Both the position numbers and the translations under genes were made by a program. Source: Sedimentisphaerales bacterium (GTDB lineage: Bacteria > Planctomycetota > Phycisphaerae > Sedimentisphaerales > SM23-30). From it: a DNA stretch of 64,000 nucleotides. Positions within the stretch are counted from its first letter, which is position 1; every line of letters begins with the position of its first letter. The DNA lies in assembly GCA_963666285.1 (NCBI GenBank), contig OY762711.1, one strand, 5' to 3'. Of this stretch, positions 63,874 to 64,000 are shown one piece after another. Under the pieces are notes generated by a model. It worked only from the letters and a program-made list of their open reading frames with translations, did not search any database and was not told the DNA's origin.

Positions 63874-64000
63874 CTATGGCACTTCGATATTATCAAATAT
63901 AGATTTGATGACATCGTCGGATGTTTTTTCCTCAGCTTCGGCTTCATAACTGACAATAACACGATGTCGGAGTACGTCAGGTCCGATATTTTTAATATCC
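63874..64000 (-). CDS. MoxR-family AAA ATPase, C-terminal fragment (5' part outside window)
   Basis: Hand translation DIKNIGPDVLRHRVIVSYEAEAEEKTSDDVIKSIFDNIEVP* matches the MoxR C-terminal lid motif. Confidence 0.85.
   Translation of the reverse strand, partial: DIKNIGPDVLRHRVIVSYEAEAEEKTSDDVIKSIFDNIEVP

Overview
Bacterial chromosomal window, most plausibly from a Planctomycetota (Phycisphaerae-like) genome. That assignment is inferred from dockerin-like secreted proteins, a short SecA paralog, an ECF sigma/anti-sigma pair and an HzsA-like multiheme protein. Housekeeping genes include a perR/fur-katA pair, dnaE, rsmE, hisI, a homocysteine methyltransferase/MTHFR fusion, pyrK-pyrD, a U32-family protein, a complete F1Fo atp operon and thyX. 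The ORF track misses two edge genes: a >939-aa discoidin + HzsA-like triheme protein (minus strand, 1..2818) and the 3' end of a MoxR ATPase (63874..64000). The accessory core at about 28-44 kb holds three things. (i) A restriction-modification-like island: C5 DNA methyltransferase, a double-GHKL (MORC-like ATPase + histidine kinase) protein, a receiver-domain protein, an opposite-strand PD-(D/E)xK-like nuclease, a small ORF and Vsr. Overlapping divergent promoters lie between the nuclease and the small ORF, and the small-ORF leader is near-complementary to the nuclease mRNA. (ii) A YtrA/GntR-ABC locus with three divergent permease paralogs; two share a near-identical ~155-bp leader + N-terminus and then diverge sharply. 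(iii) Dense modular intergenic repeats (MITE-like, REP-like, heptamer tracts), co-oriented on the + strand wherever they have polarity. No rRNA, tRNA, CRISPR array or intact transposase was recognised.
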